The notes beneath the pieces were generated by a model that was not told the origin of the DNA, made no database searches, and was given only the letters and a program-made list of their open reading frames with translations. The position numbers and the translations under genes were made by a program. From an uncultured cyanobacterium (GTDB lineage Bacteria; Cyanobacteriota; Cyanobacteriia; PCC-6307; Cyanobiaceae), in NCBI GenBank assembly GCA_963765575.1, contig CAVXWZ010000008.1, positions 312,418-376,417 on the forward strand: a DNA stretch of 64,000 nt, written 5' to 3'. Below are positions 19,626 through 27,905 of the stretch, piece by piece (the stretch's first letter is position 1; each line of letters starts with the position of its first letter).

Positions 19626-21590
19626 TCAGGCGCTGGCCACGAGCCGGAGCTGGTCCCGCAGCGGATCCACCTGCTGCACGCGCAGCAGCAGGGCCATGGC
19701 CGGCGCGGCAGCCTCCGGGGCGAGGGCGGGCAGGTCCATGGCCAGCTCCTCCACATGCACCAGGGCCAGCCGGTCCTGGGACCGCAGCCAGCGCAGGAAA
19801 CAGCACCGCCACTGCTGGCCCGGGTGGGAATCGAACCACACCTGCTGCCAGTGGCGTTGGTCTTCGCGGCTGATCTGCACCGCCTGGCGGGCCGGGCCCT
19901 CCAGCTCCGCGAGCAGGGCCAGCACGGCCTCCTCGTCGAGGGGCTGGCGGCCCTGCTGCAGGGCCGCCAGCTGGCGCTGGGCCAGCAGGTCGCCGTAGCG
20001 GCGGATCGGCGAGGTGGCCTGCACGTAGGCCGGCAGAGCGAGGCTGAAGTGGGGCGCTGGCCGGCTGCCGGTGTGGCCGCGACTGAGGCAGGCCTTGATC
20101 GCGGCGTGGCGCACCGGCCCGGGGGGCAGGGCCTCGAGGGTGGCAGCGGGGGGCAGCTCGGCGGGGGGCTGGCTGCGGTAGGGCAGGGCGAGGCCATGCA
20201 GACGCCCGTGCTCGGCCACCACGGCACCGGCGAGGACCATGGCCTCGGCCACGAGCTGGCGGGCGGGGCCAGGCTCGGTGACCTCCAGCTCGGCGCAGCC
20301 CTGCCGCTCCACGATCCGGCCCTCCGGTTGATCGAGCTGCAGTGCCCCCCTGGCCAGCCGCCAGGCGCGGCGGCGCTCCAGCAGGCCCTGGAGCTCGCTG
20401 AGCTGGCGCTCCTGGGGCGGGGCCAGTTCGATCAGCTCATCGGCGTCGCGGTAGCTGAGCCGGTAGCTGGGCCTGATCCAGCTGCGGCAGAGCCCACTGG
20501 CGGCCACGGCGCCATCGTCCTCAAGCTCCACCCAGAGGCTCCAGGCGGCGCAGCGCTGGCCGGCCCGCAGGCTGAAGGGGCCGGTGCTCAGCCGGGGCGG
20601 GAACATCGGCAGGCTGCCCCGGGCCAGATAGAGGCTCGTGGCCCTGCGTTGGGCCTCCAGATCCAGGGGGGAGCCCGGCTCCACCAGCCGACCCGGATCG
20701 GCCACATGAATCCACAGCCGCGGGCGGCCCTCGGGCCCGCTCTCGAGGCTGAGGCCGTCGTCGATGTCGCGGGTGTCCTCGTCGTCAATGGTCACCACGT
20801 GCTGGCCGCAGAGGTCCAGCCGCTCGGCATCGCCCGGCAGCTCCTGGCCCGCCAGCTCCAGCAACCGCCCGGCCTCCGCCTCCTGCTCGGCAGAGAAGCC
20901 CAGCTGCCAGGGGGTGCGGCTCAGGGATGGCAGGTGGTGGGGCTGCCATTGGCCCAGGTCCACCAGCAGATGGCGAATGCCGCCGCTGTCGGGGTGGCAA
21001 TGGGCCGCCTGCAGGGCCCGGCGCAGCTCCGTGGGCAAGGGCACGGCGGTGTCCTCGCTGGCCCAGCTCAGCAGCAGCTCCAGCTCCTGGCGCTGTTGCG
21101 GGGCGAGGTCGCCCGCCGTGAGGGGCCGGCGGTCCTGCAGGGCCTGATGCCACTGCCGCCTCAGGCCCTCCTGCAGGGCCTGTTGGCGGCGCTGCTGGCG
21201 CAGGTGGCGCAGATCCTCAGGCGGGCGGGCGCTGATGCCCGACGGACGCACACGGAACTGCAGTTGGGGGCCCTGCAGCCAGAGCCAGCCAGCCGCCAGC
21301 TGCCAGGGCTCGCAGCCAGCCAGCACCAGCTCGCACCACTGCTCCAGGCTGATCTCACCCTCCCCGGCCTCATGCAGCAGCCACCAGGCGGAGCCGAGGT
21401 CCCGGCGCGGGGGTGCGGCGCCAGCCAGATCGGCGGCAGCGAACGACCAGGGGGCCAGCCCCAGGCGTGGCGGGGGGTCGGCAGCCCCGGGCAGGGCACA
21501 GATCAGCTGCACCTCCCGTCGCGGCAGGAGCAGCGGTTTGGCGGTCCAGCCCAGCACCACCTGAACCTTGGAGCCCTGGATGGCGACCAC
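19626..21590 (-). CDS. rnb: Ribonuclease II (RNB domain); true start probably upstream (near 21674)
   Basis: TIDDEDTRDIDDG, IHVADP, YVQATSPIRRYGDL and a C-terminal S1-like region. Confidence 0.9.
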   Translation of the reverse strand: MVAIQGSKVQVVLGWTAKPLLLPRREVQLICALPGAADPPPRLGLAPWSFAAADLAGAAPPRRDLGSAWWLLHEAGEGEISLEQWCELVLAGCEPWQLAAGWLWLQGPQLQFRVRPSGISARPPEDLRHLRQQRRQQALQEGLRRQWHQALQDRRPLTAGDLAPQQRQELELLLSWASEDTAVPLPTELRRALQAAHCHPDSGGIRHLLVDLGQWQPHHLPSLSRTPWQLGFSAEQEAEAGRLLELAGQELPGDAERLDLCGQHVVTIDDEDTRDIDDGLSLESGPEGRPRLWIHVADPGRLVEPGSPLDLEAQRRATSLYLARGSLPMFPPRLSTGPFSLRAGQRCAAWSLWVELEDDGAVAASGLCRSWIRPSYRLSYRDADELIELAPPQERQLSELQGLLERRRAWRLARGALQLDQPEGRIVERQGCAELEVTEPGPARQLVAEAMVLAGAVVAEHGRLHGLALPYRSQPPAELPPAATLEALPPGPVRHAAIKACLSRGHTGSRPAPHFSLALPAYVQATSPIRRYGDLLAQRQLAALQQGRQPLDEEAVLALLAELEGPARQAVQISREDQRHWQQVWFDSHPGQQWRCCFLRWLRSQDRLALVHVEELAMDLPALAPEAAAPAMALLLRVQQVDPLRDQLRLVASA

Positions 21591-21681
21591 AACGGCGAGG
21601 GCCGCGTTGGGCTCTGAGCCGCGCTCGGCCAGCAGACCAACCAGGTCGCCGGGATGAAGGGGGTGATGGGCCAGATGCCGC

Positions 21682-21903
21682 TCAGCCTTCCGGGTTGACG
21701 AAGGGCAGCAGGGCCACGATGCGCGCCCGCTTCACCGCATTGGTGAGGTCGCGCTGCTGTTTGGCCGTGAGGCCCGTGAGCCGGCGGGGCAGGATCTTGC
21801 CGCGCTCAGTGATGAACTTCTTGAGCAGATCGACGTCCTTGTAGTCGATCGGATCGCCCGGCTTGATCGGCGAGAGGCGCTTCTTGAAAAAATTACCGGC
21901 CAT
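21682..21903 (-). CDS. rpsR: 30S ribosomal protein S18
   Basis: [26 protein letters not shown]. Confidence 0.98.
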   Translation of the reverse strand: MAGNFFKKRLSPIKPGDPIDYKDVDLLKKFITERGKILPRRLTGLTAKQQRDLTNAVKRARIVALLPFVNPEG

Positions 21904-21992
21904 GGGAGGAGGGAAGGGGAAGGGAGAAATGCCGCAGCGTGGATCGATGGCGGCCGGAGGACACCGGCCAGCCGCTGATCACAGACCGCCGC

Positions 21993-22187
21993 TCACTTGA
22001 TTTCCTTGTGAACGGTCGGCTTGTTGCAGTGCGGGCAGAACTTCTTCAGCTCCATCCGTTCGGTGGTGTTGCGGCGGTTCTTTTCGGTGGTGTAACGGGA
22101 CACTCCCGGAGACCGCTTGGCGGGGTTGGACCGGCATTCCGTGCACTCGAGAGTGATCACGATCCGGACGCCCTTGTTTTTTGCCAT
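21993..22187 (-). CDS. rpmG: 50S ribosomal protein L33
   Basis: [18 protein letters not shown]...YTTEKNRRN...KKFCPHC. Confidence 0.98.
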   Translation of the reverse strand: MAKNKGVRIVITLECTECRSNPAKRSPGVSRYTTEKNRRNTTERMELKKFCPHCNKPTVHKEIK

Positions 22188-22316
22188 GAAGGACGTTGCG
22201 CCGCGATCAGCGAAGCATGTGGACAAGGGCCAACCTTAACGGGCGATGGTCCGGGCCCCCTGGCGGCCTGAAGTTGGCTGCCTAGGATCCGCCGCTGTGC
22301 CCAGAAGGAACGACTG

Positions 22317-24764
22317 ATGCGGGTCTCTCACCAGTGGCTGCGGGAACTGGTGAGCGCTCCGGCCGGCCAGGGGGAGCTGGACCTCGACATCGACAGCCTG
22401 GCGGAGCGGTTGTCGGTCGCCGGCTTCGAGGTGGAGGCGGTGGACGACCTGGCGGCCCGGGCCGCAGGCGTGGTCGTGGGTCGGGTGCTCAGCCGCGAGC
22501 CCCATCCCGACGCCAGCAAGCTCAGTGTCTGCTCGGTGGATGTGGGGGCGGCGGCCCCCCTGCAGATCGTGTGCGGCGCCGCCAATGTGCGGGCAGGCAT
22601 CCATGTGCCGGTGGCCCTGGTGGGCAGCACCCTGCCGGCGGTGAACCTCACGATCAAACCGGCCCAGCTGCGGGGCGTGGCCAGCAGCGGCATGATCTGC
22701 TCCCTGGCCGAACTGGGTTTCAGCGACAGCTCGGGAGGCATCGCCGTGCTCGATGAGTTGCTGGAGACGGTGCCGGCGCCGGGTGCACCGGTGGGCCCGA
22801 GCCTGGGCCTGGACGATCGGGTGCTGGAGCTGGCGATCACGGCCAACCGGCCCGACGGACTGTCGATGCAGGGCATCGCCCGGGAAGTGGCGGCCCTGAG
22901 CGGCGGGCACACCCATTTCCCTGCCTCTGCGCCCGCCTGCGCCAGTGAGCCGCTGGCGGCCACCCCAGAGGCCCTGGCGGCGATGGAGGACGGCGGCCTG
23001 TTCAGCCTTACGGCCCTGGCTGGCCTGCGCGTGGGGCCGTCGCCCCTGGCCGTGCAGCGGCGGCTGGAGAAGGCGGGCATCCGCCCGATCAACAACGTGG
23101 TGGACATCACCAATCTGGTGATGCTGGAGACCGGTCAGCCCCTGCATGCCTTCGACAGCGACCGCCTGGCGGCGCTCAACGGTGGTCGCGCCGATGCAGC
23201 CGCCATCGGCCTGCGCCAGGCCCGCCGCGGCGAGCCCTTCACCAGCCTCGATGGGGAAGCGCGCCGGCTCGGGGACGCCGCCCTGGTGGTGACCTGCGCC
23301 GACCAGCCGATCGCCCTGGCCGGCGTCATCGGTGGCGCCGCGGAGGCCGTGCACGCGGGCACCGAGACCATCTGGCTGGAGGCGGCGGTGTTCCCGGCCA
23401 GCCGGGTGCGGCGCTCGGCCCGCAGCGTGGGGCTGCGCACCGAGGCCAGCAGCCGTTTTGAGAAAGGTCTGCCCGTGGAGGCCACCCTGGCCGCTGCCGA
23501 CCGCGCCTGCGCCCTGCTGGTGGAACTGGCGGGCGCCACGGTGCTGGGCCGCTGGCTGCACCGCCGACCCAGCGCCCCGGAGCAGCCGCTGTCCCTGCGC
23601 CGCGACGCCCTGCACAACCTGCTCGGTCCGGTGCTGGTGGCCAACGAGCCCTGCGACCTGGCCGACGAGCACATCACCAGCACCCTGGAGGCCATCGGCT
23701 GCACCCTGGAAGCCAGCGACGAGGGCTGGCAGGTGCGGGTGCCGCCCTCCCGCGCCATTGACCTGCGCCGGGAAGTGGATCTGATTGAGGAGGTGGCGCG
23801 CCTGGTGGGCTACGACCAGTTCGCCTGCCACCTGCCGGATCCGATCGAACCCGGCGGCCTCGACGCCGCCCAGCAGGCGGAGCGTCGCCTGCGCCGCTCC
23901 CTCTGTGCCGCTGGTCTCCAGGAGGCCTGCAGCTTCTCGCTGGTGCCGGCGGCCGAGGGCCGCATTCCCCTCGCCAACCCCCTGCTGGCCGACTACGGCC
24001 ACCTGCGCGACGACCTGCTCGGAGAACTGTTGGAGGCGGCCCGGCGCAATCTGCAGAGCGGCCAGGCAGGGTTCTGGGCGTTCGAGATCGGCCAGGTGTT
24101 TCGGCAGGGCGCCGGCGAGGCACGCACTCTGCTCGCCGGGGTGATCTGCGGCGAGCGCCGCTCCGAGCGCTGGAGCAGCAGCGGCAAGCCGGCCCCGGCG
24201 GACTATGGCCAGGCCCGCGGCGTGCTGCAGCAGGCCCTCAGCTCCTTGAAGCTGCCGGTGGAGGACAGGCTGCTGGAGTCGCATCCGCTGCTGCACCCAG
24301 GACGGGCCGCCGAACTGGTGCTGGAGGGACGGCCCGCAGGCTGGTTTGGCCAGCTCCATCCCGCTCAGGCGGACGACCTTGACCTGCCCGAAGCGACCCA
24401 CCTCTTCCAGGTCGAGCTCGGCGCCCTGCTCACCGCCGCCACCCGCCGCAACCGCTGGCAGCCCGCCTTCGCTCCCTTCCCCACGGTGCCGTCAGCGGAA
24501 CGGGACCTGGCCCTGGTGGTGCCCGACCGCACCCTGGCGGCCGACTTGCTGCAGGTGATCCGCAAGGCGGGCCGGCCCCTGCTGGAGCAGGCCGAGCTGA
24601 TTGACCGCTACGAGGGCGATCAACTGGCCAGCGGCCAGTGCAGCCAGGCTTTCCGCCTGCGCTACCGGGACCCGCACCGCACCCTCACCGAAGCCGAGGT
24701 GGAGCAGGCCCATGAGCTCATTCGGCAGGCCCTGGAGACCCAGCTGGGCGCCCAGCTGCGCTGA
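22317..24764 (+). CDS. pheT: Phenylalanine--tRNA ligase beta subunit
   Basis: HPDASKL, IVCGAAN, ITANRPD, EASSRFEKG, DLIEEVAR and a C-terminal FDX-ACB domain. Confidence 0.97.
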   Translation: MRVSHQWLRELVSAPAGQGELDLDIDSLAERLSVAGFEVEAVDDLAARAAGVVVGRVLSREPHPDASKLSVCSVDVGAAAPLQIVCGAANVRAGIHVPVALVGSTLPAVNLTIKPAQLRGVASSGMICSLAELGFSDSSGGIAVLDELLETVPAPGAPVGPSLGLDDRVLELAITANRPDGLSMQGIAREVAALSGGHTHFPASAPACASEPLAATPEALAAMEDGGLFSLTALAGLRVGPSPLAVQRRLEKAGIRPINNVVDITNLVMLETGQPLHAFDSDRLAALNGGRADAAAIGLRQARRGEPFTSLDGEARRLGDAALVVTCADQPIALAGVIGGAAEAVHAGTETIWLEAAVFPASRVRRSARSVGLRTEASSRFEKGLPVEATLAAADRACALLVELAGATVLGRWLHRRPSAPEQPLSLRRDALHNLLGPVLVANEPCDLADEHITSTLEAIGCTLEASDEGWQVRVPPSRAIDLRREVDLIEEVARLVGYDQFACHLPDPIEPGGLDAAQQAERRLRRSLCAAGLQEACSFSLVPAAEGRIPLANPLLADYGHLRDDLLGELLEAARRNLQSGQAGFWAFEIGQVFRQGAGEARTLLAGVICGERRSERWSSSGKPAPADYGQARGVLQQALSSLKLPVEDRLLESHPLLHPGRAAELVLEGRPAGWFGQLHPAQADDLDLPEATHLFQVELGALLTAATRRNRWQPAFAPFPTVPSAERDLALVVPDRTLAADLLQVIRKAGRPLLEQAELIDRYEGDQLASGQCSQAFRLRYRDPHRTLTEAEVEQAHELIRQALETQLGAQLR

Positions 24765-26160
24765 GGCGCAGCACGGCCAGGCACTCCACGTGGCTGGTCT
24801 GGGGGAAGAAGTCGATCGGCTGGGCGCTCTCCAGCCGGTAGGGACCCTGGGGGCCCGTCAGCGGCCCCAGGTCGCGGGCCAGGGTGGCCGGATCGCAGCT
24901 CAGGTACAGCAGCGTGGCGGGTGGTGACTCCAGGATCGTGGTGAGCACGGCGGGCTCCAGGCCCTTGCGGGGCGGATCCACGAACAGGGCCTCGCAGTCG
25001 GGTATGGCCTGGTCCAGCAGGGCGGCCACCGCGCCTTCCTGAAAGCGGCAGCGCTCGGCCAGGCCGTTGCGGTCAGCGTTGCGGCGCGCCAGCTCCACGG
25101 CCGCCCCATCACGTTCGAGCCCAAGCACCTGCCAGCCGGCGGCGGCCAGGGGCAGCCCGTAGGTGCCAATGCCGCAGTAGGCATCAATGAGGGTGGCCGG
25201 GGCTTGGCCGGCGAGCGCGGCCTGCAACAGCGGCACCACGGCCTCGGCCTGCAGGGTGTTCACCTGGAAAAAGGTGTCGGCGCCCACCTGCAGCTCCAGG
25301 CCGGCAAAACGCTCCCGCAGCCAATCGCGGCCCGCCACCACCTGGGTGGTGGGTCCCAGCAGGGTGTTGGTGGGGCGATCCTGGAGATTGAGGCACACGC
25401 CCACCAGCTGGGGCCAGCGCTGCAGCCACTGGCCCGCCAGGGTCTCCAGGCCAGGCAGCTGCTGGTGGCTGCTCACCAGGGTCAGCAGCACCTCACCGCT
25501 GTGAACCCCGAGGCGCAGGGCCAGGTGGCGCAGCCCGCCGCCGGTTTTGAGGTGGCGGTCCACCGGCCAGTCACTGGCCTCCAGGTCGGCCTTGAGCGGA
25601 GCGATCAGCGCATCGAGGCGGGGATCGAGCACCGGGCAGTGGTTGAGGTTGACGATGCGGTGGCTGCCCGGTCGGTAGTAGCCGGCCGTGAGGGAGCCAT
25701 CGGGGCGGCGCTCCAGGGGCAGCACGGCGCGGTTGCGGTAGCTGAAGCCATCCCCTGCCGCCAGGGTGGGCCCCACCAACGCGTCACAGGCCTCCAGCCG
25801 GCCGATGCGCTCCAGGGCGTCGACCAGTTTCTGGCGCTTCCAGCGCTGCTGGGCCGTGTCCTGGAGATGCTGCAGGCTGCAGCCGCCGCAGCGGTCGGCG
25901 AGGATGCAGGGGGGTCGGCGGCGCTCGGGTGAGGCGTCCAGCACCGCCAGCAAGTCGGCCGTCCAGTGGTTGCGGCTGCGGTGTCGCAGGCGCAAGCGCA
26001 GCATTTCGCCCGGCAGGCCGCCGGGCACAAACACCACCTGGCCATCCCGGCGCACCACCGCCTGGCCGTCGTGGGAGAGGCCTGAGGCCAGTGCCTGCAG
26101 CGTTTGTCCCACCACCAAGGGCTCCGTGCCGGCCACTTCGCCCGCCTGTGGACCGCCCAT
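24718..26160 (-). CDS. rlmD: 23S rRNA (uracil-C5)-methyltransferase RlmD
   Basis: TRAM domain, C-x5-CGGC, FFQVN, DAYCGIG, DPPRKG and YLSCDPATLARD. Confidence 0.93.
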   Translation of the reverse strand: MGGPQAGEVAGTEPLVVGQTLQALASGLSHDGQAVVRRDGQVVFVPGGLPGEMLRLRLRHRSRNHWTADLLAVLDASPERRRPPCILADRCGGCSLQHLQDTAQQRWKRQKLVDALERIGRLEACDALVGPTLAAGDGFSYRNRAVLPLERRPDGSLTAGYYRPGSHRIVNLNHCPVLDPRLDALIAPLKADLEASDWPVDRHLKTGGGLRHLALRLGVHSGEVLLTLVSSHQQLPGLETLAGQWLQRWPQLVGVCLNLQDRPTNTLLGPTTQVVAGRDWLRERFAGLELQVGADTFFQVNTLQAEAVVPLLQAALAGQAPATLIDAYCGIGTYGLPLAAAGWQVLGLERDGAAVELARRNADRNGLAERCRFQEGAVAALLDQAIPDCEALFVDPPRKGLEPAVLTTILESPPATLLYLSCDPATLARDLGPLTGPQGPYRLESAQPIDFFPQTSHVECLAVLRLSAAGRPAGSPGPAE

Positions 26161-26278
26161 CCGCTCACCAGCACCGCAGGGCCGAACCTAGGTCGTGCGA
26201 AGGGCCGTTACACCTTGCGATGGTCATTCGAGAGAGCCGTTCGGTCTGGATAGAGTGAGCGGGCGTGTGGCCGCTGCG

Positions 26279-26773
26279 ATGAGCGTCGTTCGGGATCTGA
26301 TCCTCCAGGCGGATGATCAACTGCGCTATCCCAGCAGTGGTGAACTTCGCTCGATGGTGGAGTTCCTCGGGGCCGGAGAGCGCCGGCTGGCGGTGGTGCG
26401 GGTGCTCACCGAAAACGAGCAGAAGATCGTCGATGAGGCGGCCAAGCAGCTGTTCAGCCGCCAACCCGACTACGTGGCCCCCGGCGGCAACGCCTACGGC
26501 CAGAAACAGCGCGCCCAGTGCCTGCGCGACTACAGCTGGTACCTGCGACTGGTGACCTACGGGGTGCTGGCGGGCAGCACCGAGCTGATTCAGAAGATCG
26601 GACTGGAGGGCGCCCGGGAGATGTACAACAGCCTGGGGGTGCCGATGCCGGGGATGGTGGAAGCGATGCGCACCCTCAAGGATGCCGCCGTCGCCCTGCT
26701 GGGCAGCGACTCGGCTGCCCTGGCCGGCCCCTACTTCGACTTTCTGATTCAGGGGATGCAGACCCCCACCTAG
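26279..26773 (+). CDS. apcD: Allophycocyanin-B alpha subunit
   Basis: [23 protein letters not shown]...[15 protein letters not shown]. Confidence 0.93.
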   Translation: MSVVRDLILQADDQLRYPSSGELRSMVEFLGAGERRLAVVRVLTENEQKIVDEAAKQLFSRQPDYVAPGGNAYGQKQRAQCLRDYSWYLRLVTYGVLAGSTELIQKIGLEGAREMYNSLGVPMPGMVEAMRTLKDAAVALLGSDSAALAGPYFDFLIQGMQTPT

Positions 26774-26813
26774 GCCACCTCCATGGCTCTGGACGCCCAG
26801 CCCTGGGACCTCA

Positions 26814-26846
26814 ACCCCGTCGAGACAGTCTCAACGGGGTCTTTTT
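26814..26846 (+). terminator. Rho-independent terminator after apcD
   Basis: ACCCCGT-C-GAGA / TCTC-A-ACGGGGT stem followed by CTTTTT. Confidence 0.75.
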
Positions 26847-27337
26847 AATGGACCAGATGTGCGACTCAGGCAGGATCCCCGCAACGGATTCACGGACGAG
26901 GTCGCGGACCCGGCGGGCGGCGCGGGGCGAAACCCCCTGAGACTGAGCACCGCTGATCAGGAGTCTTGGCCTGGTCTCACAGTTGGTCCTGTGAAGAAAC
27001 TCTGATGAGACTGGTGCGATGACTCGTTGAGATGATTGGCGATCGGTGGATTCCCCCGCAGATCCGTTGATGCCTGATTGACCCGCCAGCCCGGTGGACT
27101 ATCGAGCTCCAGCCAAGGGGTTGATTCAGGACGCCTGCGCTGGCTGCGACCGCGCCGCTCCGCGTCACGATCGATGGCACGCCAAGGTCCATGGCTCGCA
27201 GTCTGGACCAGTGACGAGACCTGACCTGGGACCAGAACAAGACAGCCAAGTCGCCAGCCTGGTGGGACTGCCTCCCTGCCCGTGTCTCGCGTCAGGCCCC
27301 AGAGCCAACAGCGGCCCCGGTGTCCATGCAGTTGTAT

Positions 27338-27366
27338 GGCGTATCTGTGTCTACAACAGATACGCC
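27338..27366. repeat. Perfect inverted repeat with 11-bp arms and a 7-bp spacer
   Basis: GGCGTATCTGT-GTCTACA-ACAGATACGCC. Confidence 0.9.
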
Positions 27367-27577
27367 GACGCCTTCACTCGCCTCGCCATGCGGGTTCTGG
27401 CAGTGGCCTGGCGACACTGGACAAGGCTCAGCCGGCACGCTGGACAGCACGGCGCTGCAGCGTCGTTGGGGGTCTGGATGAATGTGCCGTGGGTGGCAGG
27501 GCATCCATGGGGTGTGGCGCGCAGATGAAATCGATCCAAATGCAGAACATCAGGCCTCTGATCGCGCACCAGCCCAG

Positions 27578-27658
27578 GTCCCAGACGAGACGGGCAAGAG
27601 GTGCCGAGAGTCTCGCCTGGGACTCTTATCTAGTCTAGTAGAGAGGCCCGTCCGAGAC
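27578..27658. repeat. Three GTCYCR-N2-YGRGAC dyads at 32-35 bp spacing
   Basis: GTCCCA-GA-CGAGAC (27578), GTCTCG-CC-TGGGAC (27610) and GGCCCG-TC-CGAGAC (27645, one mismatch). Confidence 0.7.
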
Positions 27659-27905
27659 TCCTGGGACGGGCCTCGCGGCCAACGCGGCCTGGTTGCCGGT
27701 GCGAGCGGCAACGGCGACTGGATGCATCAGCGAGGCGCAACGCCGAGGTCCTTGGGTCGATCCGCTGACTTTCGGGAAGGCGTTACTCCTTGGCTGCCAT
27801 TGAGGCGGCCAGGATCAACCCCCACGATCAACCTGCCTCAGTCATATCAGATGAGTCTCGATCCAGGTCTATATACGAGGCCTGGACAAGACGACCGCGA
27901 CACCC

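Noticed and set aside
24718..24764. Convergent overlaps pheT/rlmD and CCB/lptC (14826-14884)
   Set aside because: Short 3' overlaps are commonplace in compact high-GC genomes.
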